Source of the DNA: Azolla caroliniana
Lineage: Eukaryota > Plantae > Polypodiophyta
Length of the DNA: 64,000 nt
Reading direction: 5' to 3'
NCBI GenBank assembly: GCA_043228905.1
Contig: JBHGNT010000082.1
Location: forward strand, 36,832-100,831
This document shows, one piece after another, positions 10,601 to 25,900 of this stretch; the stretch's first letter is position 1, and each line of letters begins with the position of its first letter. The notes under the pieces are model-generated. The model saw only the letters and a list, made by a program, of their open reading frames with translations. It made no database searches and was not told where the DNA came from. The translations under genes and the position numbers were made by a program.

Positions 10601-13600
10601 TGTCGCTCGACCTGAGTTTCAAAATCTCGATTTTTTAATTCTATATCATAGCTAGCGTTGTTAGCTTCGATTCGCATGTTTGAACACAAAAATCCGATAT
10701 CACACGAGCCAGGTATGAACATTTTAATTTACTCACTAGCTCTTCTCAACTCCCTCCTCAAATATTGTAATTTCCTCATGTCTTTCGACGTCAGTTTCAA
10801 AATCTTGATTTTTTAATTCTATATCATAGCTAGCGTTGTTAGCTTCGATTCGCATGTTTGAACAGAGAAATCCGATATCACACGTGCCAGGTTTGACCAG
10901 TTTAATTTACTCACTCGCTCTTCTCAACTCCCTCCTCAAATATGCTAATTTCCTCATGTCTCTCGACCTGAGTTTCAAAATCTCGATTTTTTAATTCTAT
11001 GTCATAGCTAGCCTTGTTAGCTTCGATTCACATGTTTGAACACAGAAATCCGATATCACACGAGCCAGGTATGACCATTTTAATTTACTCACTCGCTCTT
11101 CTCAACTCCCTCCTCCAACATGCTAATTTCCTCATGTCTTTCGACGTCAGTTTCAAAATCTCGATTTTTTAATTCTATATCATAGCTAGCCTTGTTAGCT
11201 TCGATTCGCATGTTTGAACACAGAAATCCGATATCACACGAGCCAGGTATGACCATTTTAATTTACTCACTCGCTCTTCTCAACTCCCTCCTCCAACATG
11301 CTAATTTCCTCATGTCTTTCGACGTCAGTTTCAAAATCTCGATTTTTTAATTCTATATCATAGCTAGCCTTGTTAGCTTCGATTTGCATGTTTGAACACA
11401 GAAATCCGATATCACACGAGCCAGGTATGACCATTTTAATTTACTCACTGGCTCTTCTCAACTCCCTCCTCAAATATGCTAATTTCCTCATGTCTCTCGA
11501 CCTGAGTTTCAAAATCTCAATTTTTTAATTCTATATCATAGCTAGCGTTGTTAGCTTCGATTCGCATGTTTGAACACAAAAATCCGATATCACACGAGCC
11601 AGGTATGAACATTTTAATTTACTCACTAGCTCTTCTCAACTCCCTCCTCAAATATTGTAATTTCTTCATGTCTCTCGACCTGAGTTTCAAAATCTCGATT
11701 ATTTAATTCTATATCATAGCTAGCGTTGTTATCTTCGATTCGCATGTTTGAACACAAAAATCCGATATCACACGTGCCAGGTCTGAACATTTTAATTTAC
11801 TGACTGGCTCTTCTCAACTCCTTCTTGAAATATGCTAATTTCCTCATGTCTCTCGACCTGAGTTTCAAAATCTCGATTTTTTTAATTCTATATGATAGCT
11901 AGCGTTGTTAGCTTCGATTCGCATGTTTGAACACAAAAATCCGATATCACACGAGCCAGGTATGAACATTTTAATTTACTCACTAGCTCTTCTCAACTCC
12001 CTCCTCCAACATGCTAATTTCCTCATGTCTTTCGACGTCAGTTTCAAAATCTCGATTTTTTAATTCTATATCATAGCTAGCCTTGTTAGCTTCGATTTGC
12101 ATGTTTGAACACAGAAATCCGATATCACACGAGCCAGGTATGACCATTTTAATTTACTCACTGGCTCTTCTCAACTCCCTCCTCAAATATGCTAATTTCG
12201 GCATGTCTCTCGACCTGAGTTTCAAAATCTTGATTTTTTAATTCTATATCATAGCTAGCCTTGTTAGTTTCGATTCGCATGTTTGAACACAGAAATCCGA
12301 TATCACACGAGCCAGGTATGACCATTTTAATTTACTCACTCGCTCTTCTCAACTCCCTCCTCCAACATGCTAATTTCCTCATGTCTTTCGACGTCAGTTT
12401 CAAAATCTTGATTTTTTAATTCTATATCATAGGTAGCGTTGTTAGCTTCGATTCGCATGTTTGAACACAGAAATCCGATATCACACGAGCCAGGTATGAA
12501 CATTTTAATTTACTCACTAGCTCTTCTCAACTCCCTCCTCAAATATTGTAATTTCTTCATGTCTCTCGACCTGAGTTTTAAAATCTCGATTATTTAATTC
12601 TATATCATAGCTAGCGTTGTTATCTTCGATTCGCATGTTTGAACACAAAAATCCGATATCAGACGTCCCAGGTATGAACATTTTAATTTACTGACTGGCT
12701 CTTCTCAACTCCTTCTTGAAATACGCTAATTTCCTCATGTCTCTCGACCTGAGTTTCAAAATCTCAATTTTTTAATTCTATATCATAGCTAGCGTTGTTA
12801 GCTTCGATTCGCATGTTTGAATACAAAAATCCGATATCACACGAGCCAGGTATGAACATTTTAATTTACTCACTAGCTCTTCTCAACTCCCTCCTCAAAT
12901 ATTGTAATTTCTTCATGTCTCTCGACCTGAGTTTCAAAATCTCGATTATTTAATTCTATATCATAGCTAGCGTTGTTATCTTCGATTCGCATGTTTGAAC
13001 ACAAAAATCCGATATCACACGTGCCAGGTCTGAACATTTTAATTTACTCACTAGCTCTTCTCAACTCCCTCCTCAAATATTGTAATTTCTTCATGTCTCT
13101 CGACCTGAGTTTCAAAATCTCGATTATTTAATTCTATATCATAGCTAGCGTTCTTATCTTCGATTCGCATGTTTGAACACAAAAATCCGATATCAGACGT
13201 GCCAGGTATGAACATTTTAATTTACTCACTGGCTCTTCTCAACTCCTTCTTGAAATACGCTAATTTCCTCATGTCTCTCGACCTGAGTTTCAAAATCTCG
13301 ATTTTTTAATTCTATATCATAGCTAGCGTTGTTAGCTTCGATTTGCATGTTTGAACACAAAAATCCGATATCACACGAGCCAGGTATGAACATTTTAATT
13401 TACTCACTAGCTCTTCTGAACTCCCTCCTCAAATATTGTAATTTCTTCATGTCTCTCGACCTGAGTTTCAAAGTCTCGATTATTTAATTCTATATCATAG
13501 CTAGCGTTGTTATCTTCGATTCGCATGTTTGAACACAAAAATCCGATATCACACGTGCCAGGTATGAACATTTTAATTTACTCACTAGCTCTTCTCAACT

Positions 13601-13859
13601 CCCTCCTCAAATATTCTAATTTCCTCATGTCGCTCGACCTGAGTTTCAAAATCTCGATTTTTTAATTCTATATCATAGATAGCGTTGTTAGCTTCGATTC
13701 GCATGTTTGAACAAAGAAATCCGATATCACACAAGCCAGGTATGACCATTTTAATTTACTCACTGGCTCTTCTCAACTCCCTCCTCAAATATGCTAATTT
13801 CCTCATGTCTCTCGACCTGAGTTTCAAAATCACGATTTTTTAATTCTATATCATAGCTA

Positions 13860-15400
13860 GCCTTGTTAGTTTCGATTCGCATGTTTGAACACAGAAATCC
13901 GATATCACACGAGCCAGGTATGACCATTTTAATTTACTCACTGGCTCTTCTCAACTCCCTCCTCAAATATGCTAATTTCCTCATGTCTCTCGACCTGAGT
14001 TTCAAAATCACGAATTTTTAATTCTATATCATAGCTAGGCTTGTTAGTTTCGATTCGCATGTTTGAACACAGAAATCCGATATCACACGAGCCAGGTATG
14101 ACCATTTTAATTTACTCACTCGCTCTTCTCAACTCCCTCCTCCAACATGCTAATTTCCTCATGTCTTTAGACGTCAGTTTCAAAATCTTGATTTTTTAAT
14201 TCTATATTATAGCTAGCCTTGTTAGCTTCGATTTGCATGTTTGAACACAGAAATTCGATATCACACGAGCCAGGTATGACCATTTTAATTTACTCACTGG
14301 CTCTTCTCAACTCCCTCCTCAAATATGCTAATTTCCTCATGTCTCTCGACCTGAGTTTCAAAATCTCAATTTTTTAATTCTATATCATAGCTAGCGTTGT
14401 TAGCTTCGATTCGCATGTTTGAACACAAAAATCCGATATCACACGAGCCAGGTATGAACATTTTAATTTACTCACTAGCTCTTCTCAACTCCCTCCTCAA
14501 ATATTGTAATTTCCTCATGTCTTTCGACGTCAGTTTCAAAATCTTGATTTTTTAATTCTATATCATAGCTAGCCTTGTTAGCTTCGATTTGCATGTTTGA
14601 ACACAGAAATCCGATATCACACGAGCCAGGTATGACCATTTTAATTTACTCACTGGCTCTTCTCAACTCCCTCCTCAAATATGTTAATTTCGGCATGTCT
14701 CTCGACCTGAGTTTCAAAATCTTGATTTTTTAATTCTATATCATAGCTAGCCTTGTTAGTTTCGATTCGCATGTTTGAACACAGAAATCCGATATCACAC
14801 GAGCCAGGTATGACCATTTTAATTTACTCACTGGCTCTTCTCAACTCCCTCCTCAAATATGCTAATTTCCTCATGTCTCTCGACCTGAGTTTCAAAATCA
14901 CGAATTTTTAATTCTATATCATAGCTAGGCTTGTTAGTTTCGATTCGCATGTTTGAACACAGAAATCCGATATCACACGAGCCAGGTATGACCATTTTAA
15001 TTTACTCACTCGCTCTTCTCAACTCCCTCCTCCAACATGCTAATTTCCTCATGTCTTTAGACGTCAGTTTCAAAATCTTGATTTTTTAATTCTATATCAT
15101 AGCTAGCCTTGTTAGCTTCGATTTGCATGTTTGAACACAGAAATTCGATATCACACGAGCCAGGTATGACCATTTTAATTTACTCACTGGCTCTTCTCAA
15201 CTCCCTCCTCAAATATGCTAATTTCCTCATGTCTCTCGACCTGAGTTTCAAAATCTCAATTTTTTAATTCTATATCATAGCTAGCGTTGTTAGCTTCGAT
15301 TCGCATGTTTGAACACAAAAATCCGATATCACACGAGCCAGGTATGAACATTTTAATTTACTCACTAGCTCTTCTCAACTCCCTCCTCCAACATGCTAAT
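13860..15400. repeat. Local 5-monomer (890-bp) duplication
   Basis: Rare variants recur at an 890-bp offset: TCTTTAGACG at 14164/15054 and AAATTCGATA at 14251/15141. Boundaries approximate. Confidence 0.8.
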
Positions 15401-18149
15401 TTCCTCATGTCTTTCGACGTCAGTTTCAAAATCTTGATTTTTTAATTCTATGTCATAGCTAGCCTTGTTAGCTTCGATTCGCATGTTTGAACACAGAAAT
15501 CCGATATCACACGAGCCAGGTATGAACATTTTAATTTACTCACTAGCTCTTCTCAACTCCCTCCTCAAATATTGTAATTTCTTCATGTCTCTCGACCTGA
15601 GTTTTAAAATCTCGATTATTTAATTCTATATCATAGCTAGCGTTGTTATCTTCGATTCGCATGTTTGAACACAAAAATCCGATATCAGACGTCCCAGGTA
15701 TGAACATTTTAATTTACTGACTGGCTCTTCTCAACTCCTTCTTGAAATACGCTAATTTCCTCATGTCTCTCGACCTGAGTTTCAAAATCTCAATTTTTTA
15801 ATTCTATATCATAGCTAGCGTTGTTAGCTTCGATTCGCATGTTTGAACACAAAAATCCGATATCACACGAGCCAGGTATGAACATTTTAATTTACTCACT
15901 AGCTCTTCTCAACTCCCTCCTCAAATATTGTAATTTCTTCATGTCTCTCGACCTGAGTTTCAAAATCTCGATTATTTAATTCTATATCATAGCTAGCGTT
16001 GTTATCTTCGATTCGCATGTTTGAACACAAAAATCCGATATCACACGTGCCAGGTCTGAACATTTTAATTTACTGAGTGGCTCTTCTCAACTCCTTCTTG
16101 AAATATGCTAATTTCCTCATGTCTCTCGACCTGAGTTTTAAAATCTCGATTTTTTAATTCTATATGATAGCTAGCGTTGTTAGCTTCGATTCGCATGTTT
16201 GAACACAAAAATCCGATATCACACGAGCCAGGTATGAACATTTTAATTTACTCACTAGCTCTTCTCAACTCCCTCCTCAAATATTCTAATTTCCTCATGT
16301 CTTTCGACGTGAGTTTCAAAATCTTGATTTTTAAATTCTATATCAAAGCTAGCGTTGTTAGCTTCGATTCGCATGTTTGAACAGAGAAATCGGATATCAC
16401 ACGTGCCAGGTTTGACCAGTTTAATTTACTCACTCGCTCTTCTCAACTCCCTCCTCAAATATGCTAATTTCCTCATGTCTCTCGACCTGAGTTTCAAAAT
16501 CTCGATTTTTTAATTCTATGTCATAGCTAGCCTTGTTAGCTTCGATTCGCATGTTTGAACACAGAAATCCGATATCACACGAGCCAGGTATGAGCATTTT
16601 AATTTACTCACTCGCTCTTCTCAACTCCCTCCTCCAACATGCTAATTTCCTCATGTCTTTCGACGTCAGTTTCAAAATCTTGATTTTTTAATTCTATGTC
16701 ATAGCTAGCCTTGTTAGCTTCGATTCGCATGTTTGAACACAGAAATCCGATATCACACGAGCCAGGTATGAACATTTTAATTTACTCACTAGCTCTTCTC
16801 AACTCCCTCCTCAAATATTGTAATTTCTTCATGTCTCTCGACCTGAGTTTTAAAATCTCGATTATTTAATTCTATATCATAGCTAGCGTTGTTATCTTCG
16901 ATTCGCATGTTTGAACACAAAAATCCGATATCAGACGTCCCAGGTATGAACATTTTAATTTACTGACTGGCTCTTCTCAACTCCTTCTTGAAATACGCTA
17001 ATTTCCTCATGTCTCTCGACCTGAGTTTCAAAATCTCAATTTTTTAATTCTATATCATAGCTAGCGTTGTTAGCTTCGATTCGCATGTTTGAACACAAAA
17101 ATCCGATATCACACGAGCCAGGTATGAACATTTTAATTTACTCACTAGCTCTTCTCAACTCCCTCCTCAAATATTGTAATTTCTTCATGTCTCTCGACCT
17201 GAGTTTCAAAATCTCGATTATTTAATTCTATATCATAGCTAGCGTTGTTATCTTCGATTCGCATGTTTGAACACAAAAATCCGATATCACACGTGCCAGG
17301 TCTGAACATTTTAATTTACTCACTAGCTCTTCTCAACTCCCTCCTCAAATATTGTAATTTCTTCATGTCTCTCGACCTGAGTTTCAAAATCTCGATTATT
17401 TAATTCTATATCATAGCTAGCGTTCTTATCTTCGATTCGCATGTTTGAACACAAAAATCCGATATCAGACGTGCCAGGTATGAACATTTTAATTTACTCA
17501 CTGGCTCTTCTCAACTCCTTCTTGAAATACGCTAATTTCCTCATGTCTCTTGACCTGAGTTTCAAAATCTCGATTTTTTAATTCTATATCATAGCTAGCA
17601 TTGTTAGCTTCGATTCGCATGTTTGAACACAAAAATCCGATATCACACGAGCCAGGTATGAACATTTTAATTTACTCACTAGCTCTTCTCAACTCCCTCC
17701 TCAAATATTGTAATTTCTTCATGTCTCTCGACCTGAGTTTCAAAATCGCGATTATTTAATTCTATATCATAGCTAGCGTTGTTATCTTCGATTCGCATGT
17801 TTGAACACAAAAATCCGATATCACACGTGCCAGGTCTGAACATTTTAATTTACTGACTGGCTCTTCTCAACTCCTTCTTGAAATATGCTAATTTCCTCAT
17901 GTCTCTCGACCTGAGTTTCAAAATCTCGATTTTTTAATTCTATATGATAGCTAGCGTTGTTAGCTTCGATTCGCATGTTTGAACACAAAAATCCGATATC
18001 ACACGAGCCAGGTATGAACATTTTAATTTACTCACTAGCTCTTCTCAACTCCCTCCTCAAATATTGTAAATTCCTCATGTCTTTCGACGTCAGTTTCAAA
18101 ATCTTGATTTTTTAATTCTATATCATAGCTAGCCTTGTTAGCTTCGATT

Positions 18150-21100
18150 TGCATGTTTGAACACAGAAATCCGATATCACACGAGCCAGGTATGACCATT
18201 TTAATTTACTCACTGGCTCTTCTCAACTCCCTCCTCAAATATGCTAATTTCGGCATGTCTCTCGACCTGAGTTTCAAAATCTTGATTTTTTAATTCTATA
18301 TCATAGCTAGCCTTGTTAGTTTCGATTCGCATGTTTGAACACAGAAATCCGATATCACACGAGCCAGGTATGATTATTTTAATTTACTCACTCGCTCTTC
18401 TCAACTCCCTCCTCCAACATGCTAATTTCCTCATGTCTTTCGACGTCAGTTTCAAAATCTTGATTTTTTAATTCTATATCATAGCTAGCGTTGTTAGCTT
18501 CGATTCGCATGTTTGAACACAGAAATCCGATATCACACGAGCCAGGTATGAACATTTTAATTTACTCACTAGCTCTTCTCAACTCCCTCCTCAAATATTG
18601 TAATTTCTTCATGTCTCTCGACCTGAGTTTCATAGTCTCGATTATTTAATTCTATATCATAGCTAGCGTTGTTATCTTCGATTCGCATGTTTGAACACAA
18701 AAATCCGATATCACACGTGCCAGGTATGAACATTTTAATTTACTCACTAGCTCTTCTCAACTCCCTCCTCAAATATTCTAATTTCCTCATGTCGCTCGAC
18801 TTGAGTTTCAAAATCTCGATTTTTTAATTCTATATCATAGCTAGCGTTGTTAGCTTCGATTTGCATGTTTGAACACAAAAATCCGATATCACACGAGCCA
18901 GGTATGAACATTTTAATTTACTCACTAGCTCTTCTCAACTCCCTCCTCAAATATTGTAATTTCTTCATGTCTCTCGACCTGAGTTTCAAAATCTCGATTA
19001 TTTAATTCTATATCATAGCTAGCGTTGTTATCTTCGATTCGCATGTTTGAACACAAAAATCCGATATCACACGTGCCAGGTCTGAACATTTTAATTTACT
19101 CACTAGCTCTTCTCAACTCCCTCCTCAAATATTGTAATTTCTTCATGTCTCTCGACCTGAGTTTCAAAATCTCGATTATTTAAGTCTATATCATAGCTAG
19201 CGTTCTTATCTTCGATTCGCATGTTTGAACACAAAAATCCGATATCAGACGTGCCAGGTATGAACATTTTAATTTACTCACTGGCTCTTCTCAACTCCTT
19301 CTTGAAATACGCTAATTTCCTCATGTCTCTCGACCTGAATTTCAAAATCTCGATTTTTTAATTCTATATCATAGCTAGCGTTGTTAGCTTCGATTTGCAT
19401 GTTTGAACACAAAAATCCGATATCACACGAGCCAGGTATGAACATTTTAATTTACTCACTAGCTCTTCTCAACTCCCTCCTCAAATATTGTAATTTCTTC
19501 ATGTCTCTCGACCTGAGTTTCAAAGTCTCGATTATTTAATTCTATATCATAGCTAGCGTTGTTATCTTCGATTCGCATGTTTGAACACAAAAATCCGATA
19601 TCACACGTGCCAGGTATGAACATTTTAATTTACTCACTAGCTCTTCTCAACTCCCTCCTCAAATATTCTAATTTCCTCATGTCGCTCGACTTGAGTTTCA
19701 AAATCTCGATTTTTTAATTCTATATCATAGATAGCGTTGTTAGCTTCGATTCGCATGTTTGAACAAAGAAATCCGATATCACACAAGCCAGGTATGACCA
19801 TTTTAATTTACTCACTGGCTCTTCTCAACTCCCTCCTCAAATATGCTAATTTCCTCATGTCTCTCGACCTGAGTTTCAAAATCACGATTTTTTAATTCTA
19901 TATCATAGCTAGCCTTGTTAGTTTCGATTCGCATGTTTGAACACAGAAATCCGATATCACACGAGCCAGGTATGACCATTTTAATTTACTCACTGGCTCT
20001 TCTCAACTCCCTCCTCAAATATGCTAATTTCCTCATGTCTCTCGACCTGAGTTTCAAAATCACGAATTTTTAATTCTATATCATAGCTAGGCTTGTTAGT
20101 TTCGATTCGCATGTTTGAACACAGAAATCCGATATCACACGAGCCAGGTATGACCATTTTAATTTACTCACTCGCTCTTCTCAACTCCCTCCTCCAACAT
20201 GCTAATTTTCTCATGTCTTTCGACGTCAGTTTCAAAATCTTGATTTTTTAATTCTATATCATAGCTAGCCTTGTTAGCTTCGATTTGCATGTTTGAACAC
20301 AGAAATCCGATATCACACGAGCCAGATATGACCATTTTAATTTACTCACACGCTCTTCTCAACTCCCTCCTCAAATATGCTAATTTCGGCATGTCTCTCG
20401 ACCTGAGTTTCAAAATCTTGATTTTTTAATTCTATATCATAGCTAGCCTTGTTAGTTTCGATTCGCATGTTTGAACACAGAAATCCGATATCACACGAGC
20501 CAGGTATGACCATTTTAATTTACTCACTCGCTCTTCTCAACTCCCTCCTCCAACATGCTAATTTTCTCATGTCTTTCGACGTCAGTTTCAAAATCTTGAT
20601 TTTTTAATTCTATATCATAGCTAGCCTTGTTAGCTTCGATTTGCATGTTTGAACACAGAAATCCGATATCACACGAGCCAGGTATGACCATTTTAATTTA
20701 CTCACTGGCTCTTCTCAACTCCCTCCTCAAATATGCTAATTTCGGCATGTCTCTCGACCTGAGTTTCAAAATCTTGATTTTTTAATTCTATATCATAGCT
20801 AGCCTTGTTAGTTTCGATTCGCATGTTTGAACACAGAAATCCGATATCACACGAGCCAGGTATGACCATTTTAATTTACTCACTCGCTCTTCTCAACTCC
20901 CTCCTCCAACATGCTAATTTCCTCATGTCTTTCGACGTCAGTTTCAAAATCTTGATTTTTTAATTCTATATCATAGCTAGCGTTGTTAGCTTCGATTCGC
21001 ATGTTTGAACACAGAAATCCGATATCACACGAGCCAGGTATGAACATTTTAATTTACTCACTAGCTCTTCTCAACTCCCTCCTCAAATATTGTAATTTCT

Positions 21101-24100
21101 TCATGTCTCTCGACCTGAGTTTCAAAGTCTCGATTATTTAATTCTATATCATAGCTAGCGTTGTTATCTTCGATTCGCATGTTTGAACACAAAAATCCGA
21201 TATCACACGTGCCAGGTATGAACATTTTAATTTACTCACTAGCTCTTCTCAACTCCCTCCTCAAATATTCTAATTTCCTCATGTCGCTCGACCTGAGTTT
21301 CAAAATCTCGATTTTTTAATTCTATATCATAGCTAGCGTTGTTAGCTTCGATTCGCATGTTTGAACACAAAAATCCGATATCACACGAGCCAGGTATGAA
21401 CATTTTAATTTACTCACTAGCTCTTCTCAACTCCCTCCTCAAATATTGTAATTTCTTCATGTCTCTCGACCTGAGTTTCAAAATCTCGATTATTTAATTC
21501 TATATCATAGCTAGCGTTGTTATCTTCGATTCGCATGTTTGAACACAAAAATCCGATATCACACGTGCCAGGTCTGAACATTTTAATTTACTCACTAGCT
21601 CTTCTCAACTCCCTCCTCAAATATTGTAATTTCTTCATGTCTCTCGACCTGAGTTTCAAAATCTCGATTATTTAAGTCTATATCATAGCTAGCGTTCTTA
21701 TCTTCGATTCGCATGTTTGAACACAAAAATCCGATATCAGACGTGCCAGGTATGAACATTTTAATTTACTCACTGGCTCTTCTCAACTCCTTCTTGAAAT
21801 ACGCTAATTTCCTCATGTCTCTCGACCTGAATTTCAAAATCTCGATTTTTTAATTCTATATCATAGCTAGCGTTGTTAGCTTCGATTTGCATGTTTGAAC
21901 ACAAAAATCCGATATCACACGAGCCAGGTATGAACATTTTAATTTACTCACTAGCTCTTCTCAACTCCCTCCTCAAATATTGTAATTTCTTCATGTCTCT
22001 CGACCTGAGTTTCAAAGTCTCGATTATTTAATTCTATATCATAGCTAGCGTTGTTATCTTCGATTCGCATGTTTGAACACAAAAATCCGATATCACACGT
22101 GCCAGGTATGAACATTTTAATTTACTCACTAGCTCTTCTCAACTCCCTCCTCAAATATTCTAATTTCCTCATGTCGCTCGACTTGAGTTTCAAAATCTCG
22201 ATTTTTTAATTCTATATCATAGATAGCGTTGTTAGCTTCGATTCGCATGTTTGAACAAAGAAATCCGATATCACACAAGCCAGGTATGACCATTTTAATT
22301 TACTCACTGGCTCTTCTCAACTCCCTCCTCAAATATGCTAATTTCCTCATGTCTCTCGACCTGAGTTTCAAAATCACGATTTTTTAATTCTATATCATAG
22401 CTAGCCTTGTTAGTTTCGATTCGCATGTTTGAACACAGAAATCCGATATCACACGAGCCAGGTATGACCATTTTAATTTACTCACTGGCTCTTCTCAACT
22501 CCCTCCTCAAATATGCTAATTTCCTCATGTCTCTCGACCTGAGTTTCAAAATCACGAATTTTTAATTCTATATCATAGCTAGGCTTGTTAGTTTCGATTC
22601 GCATGTTTGAACACAGAAATCCGATATCACACGAGCCAGGTATGACCATTTTAATTTACTCACTCGCTCTTCTCAACTCCCTCCTCCAACATGCTAATTT
22701 TCTCATGTCTTTCGACGTCAGTTTCAAAATCTTGATTTTTTAATTCTATATCATAGCTAGCCTTGTTAGCTTCGATTTGCATGTTTGAACACAGAAATCC
22801 GATATCACACGAGCCAGATATGACCATTTTAATTTACTCACACGCTCTTCTCAACTCCCTCCTCAAATATGCTAATTTCGGCATGTCTCTCGACCTGAGT
22901 TTCAAAATCTTGATTTTTTAATTCTATATCATAGCTAGCCTTGTTAGTTTCGATTCGCATGTTTGAACACAGAAATCCGATATCACACGAGCCAGGTATG
23001 ACCATTTTAATTTACTCACTCGCTCTTCTCAACTCCCTCCTCCAACATGCTAATTTTCTCATGTCTTTCGACGTCAGTTTCAAAATCTTGATTTTTTAAT
23101 TCTATATCATAGCTAGCCTTGTTAGCTTCGATTTGCATGTTTGAACACAGAAATCCGATATCACACGAGCCAGGTATGACCATTTTAATTTACTCACTGG
23201 CTCTTCTCAACTCCCTCCTCAAATATGCTAATTTCGGCATGTCTCTCGACCTGAGTTTCAAAATCTTGATTTTTTAATTCTATATCATAGCTAGCCTTGT
23301 TAGTTTCGATTCGCATGTTTGAACACAGAAATCCGATATCACACGAGCCAGGTATGACCATTTTAATTTACTCACTCGCTCTTCTCAACTCCCTCCTCCA
23401 ACATGCTAATTTCCTCATGTCTTTCGACGTCAGTTTCAAAATCTTGATTTTTTAATTCTATATCATAGCTAGCGTTGTTAGCTTCGATTCGCATGTTTGA
23501 ACACAGAAATCCGATATCACACGAGCCAGGTATGAACATTTTAATTTACTCACTAGCTCTTCTCAACTCCCTCCTCAAATATTGTAATTTCTTCATGTCT
23601 CTCGACCTGAGTTTCAAAGTCTCGATTATTTAATTCTATATCATAGCTAGCGTTGTTATCTTCGATTCGCATGTTTGAACACAAAAATCCGATATCACAC
23701 GTGCCAGGTATGAACATTTTAATTTACTCACTAGCTCTTCTCAACTCCCTCCTCAAATATTCTAATTTCCTCATGTCGCTCGACCTGAGTTTCAAAATCT
23801 CGATTTTTTAATTCTATATCATAGCTAGCGTTGTTAGCTTCGATTCGCATGTTTGAACACAAAAATCCGATATCACACGAGCCAGGTATGAACATTTTAA
23901 TTTACTCACTAGCTCTTCTCAACTCCCTCCTCAAATATTGTAATTTCTTCATGTCTCTCGACCTGAGTTTCAAAATCTCGATTATTTAATTCTATATCAT
24001 AGCTAGCGTTGTTATCTTCGATTCGCATGTTTGAACACAAAAATCCGATATCACACGTGCCAGGTCTGAACATTTTAATTTACTCACTAGCTCTTCTCAA

Positions 24101-25900
24101 CTCCCTCCTCAAATATTGTAATTTCTTCATGTCTCTCGACCTGAGTTTCAAAATCTCGATTATTTAAGTCTATATCATAGCTAGCGTTCTTATCTTCGAT
24201 TCGCATGTTTGAACACAAAAATCCGATATCAGACGTGCCAGGTATGAACATTTTAATTTACTCACTGGCTCTTCTCAACTCCTTCTTGAAATACGCTAAT
24301 TTCCTCATGTCTCTCGACCTGAATTTCAAAATCTCGATTTTTTAATTCTATATCATAGCTAGCGTTGTTAGCTTCGATTTGCATGTTTGAACACAAAAAT
24401 CCGATATCACACGAGCCAGGTATGAACATTTTAATTTACTCACTAGCTCTTCTCAACTCCCTCCTCAAATATTGTAATTTCTTCATGTCTCTCGACCTGA
24501 GTTTCAAAGTCTCGATTATTTAATTCTATATCATAGCTAGCGTTGTTATCTTCGATTCGCATGTTTGAACACAAAAATCCGATATCACACGTGCCAGGTA
24601 TGAACATTTTAATTTACTCACTAGCTCTTCTCAACTCCCTCCTCAAATATTCTAATTTCCTCATGTCGCTCGACTTGAGTTTCAAAATCTCGATTTTTTA
24701 ATTCTATATCATAGATAGCGTTGTTAGCTTCGATTCACATGTTTGAACAAAGAAATCCGATATCACACAAGCCAGGTATGACCATTTTAATTTACTCACT
24801 GGCTCTTCTCAACTCCCTCCTCAAATATGCTAATTTCCTCATGTCTCTCGACCTGAGTTTCAAAATCACGATTTTTTAATTCTATATCATAGCTAGCCTT
24901 GTTAGTTTCGATTCGCATGTTTGAACACAGAAATCCGATATCACACGAGCCAGGTATGACCATTTTAATTTACTCACTGGCTCTTCTCAACTCCCTCCTC
25001 AAATATGCTAATTTCCTCATGTCTCTCGACCTGAGTTTCAAAATCACGAATTTTTAATTCTATATCATAGCTAGGCTTGTTAGTTTCGATTCGCATGTTT
25101 GAACACAGAAATCCGATATCACACGAGCCAGGTATGACCATTTTAATTTACTCACTCGCTCTTCTCAACTCCCTCCTCCAACATGCTAATTTTCTCATGT
25201 CTTTCGACGTCAGTTTCAAAATCTTGATTTTTTAATTCTATATCATAGCTAGCCTTGTTAGCTTCGATTTGCATGTTTGAACACAGAAATCCGATATCAC
25301 ACGAGCCAGATATGACCATTTTAATTTACTCACACGCTCTTCTCAACTCCCTCCTCAAATATGCTAATTTCGGCATGTCTCTCGACCTGAGTTTCAAAAT
25401 CTTGATTTTTTAATTCTATATCATAGCTAGCCTTGTTAGTTTCGATTCGCATGTTTGAACACAGAAATCCGATATCACACGAGCCAGGTATGACCATTTT
25501 AATTTACTCACTCGCTCTTCTCAACTCCCTCCTCCAACATGCTAATTTTCTCATGTCTTTCGACGTCAGTTTCAAAATCTTGATTTTTTAATTCTATATC
25601 ATAGCTAGCCTTGTTAGCTTCGATTTGCATGTTTGAACACAGAAATCCGATATCACACGAGCCAGGTATGACCATTTTAATTTACTCACACGCTCTTCTC
25701 AACTCCCTCCTCAAATATGCTAATTTCGGCATGTCTCTCGACCTGAGTTTCAAAATCTTGATTTTTTAATTCTATATCATAGCTAGCCTTGTTAGTTTCG
25801 ATTCGCATGTTTGAACACAGAAATCCGATATCACACGAGCCAGGTATGACCATTTTAATTTACTCACTCGCTCTTCTCAACTCCCTCCTCCAACATGCTA
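18150..25900. repeat. 14-monomer higher-order repeat (2,492 bp), about three tandem copies
   Basis: TAAGTC at 19181/21673/24165 and GCCAGATATG at ~20321/22813/25305, both with a 2,492-bp period. The GACCTGAAT variant recurs with the same period. Boundaries approximate. Confidence 0.92.
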
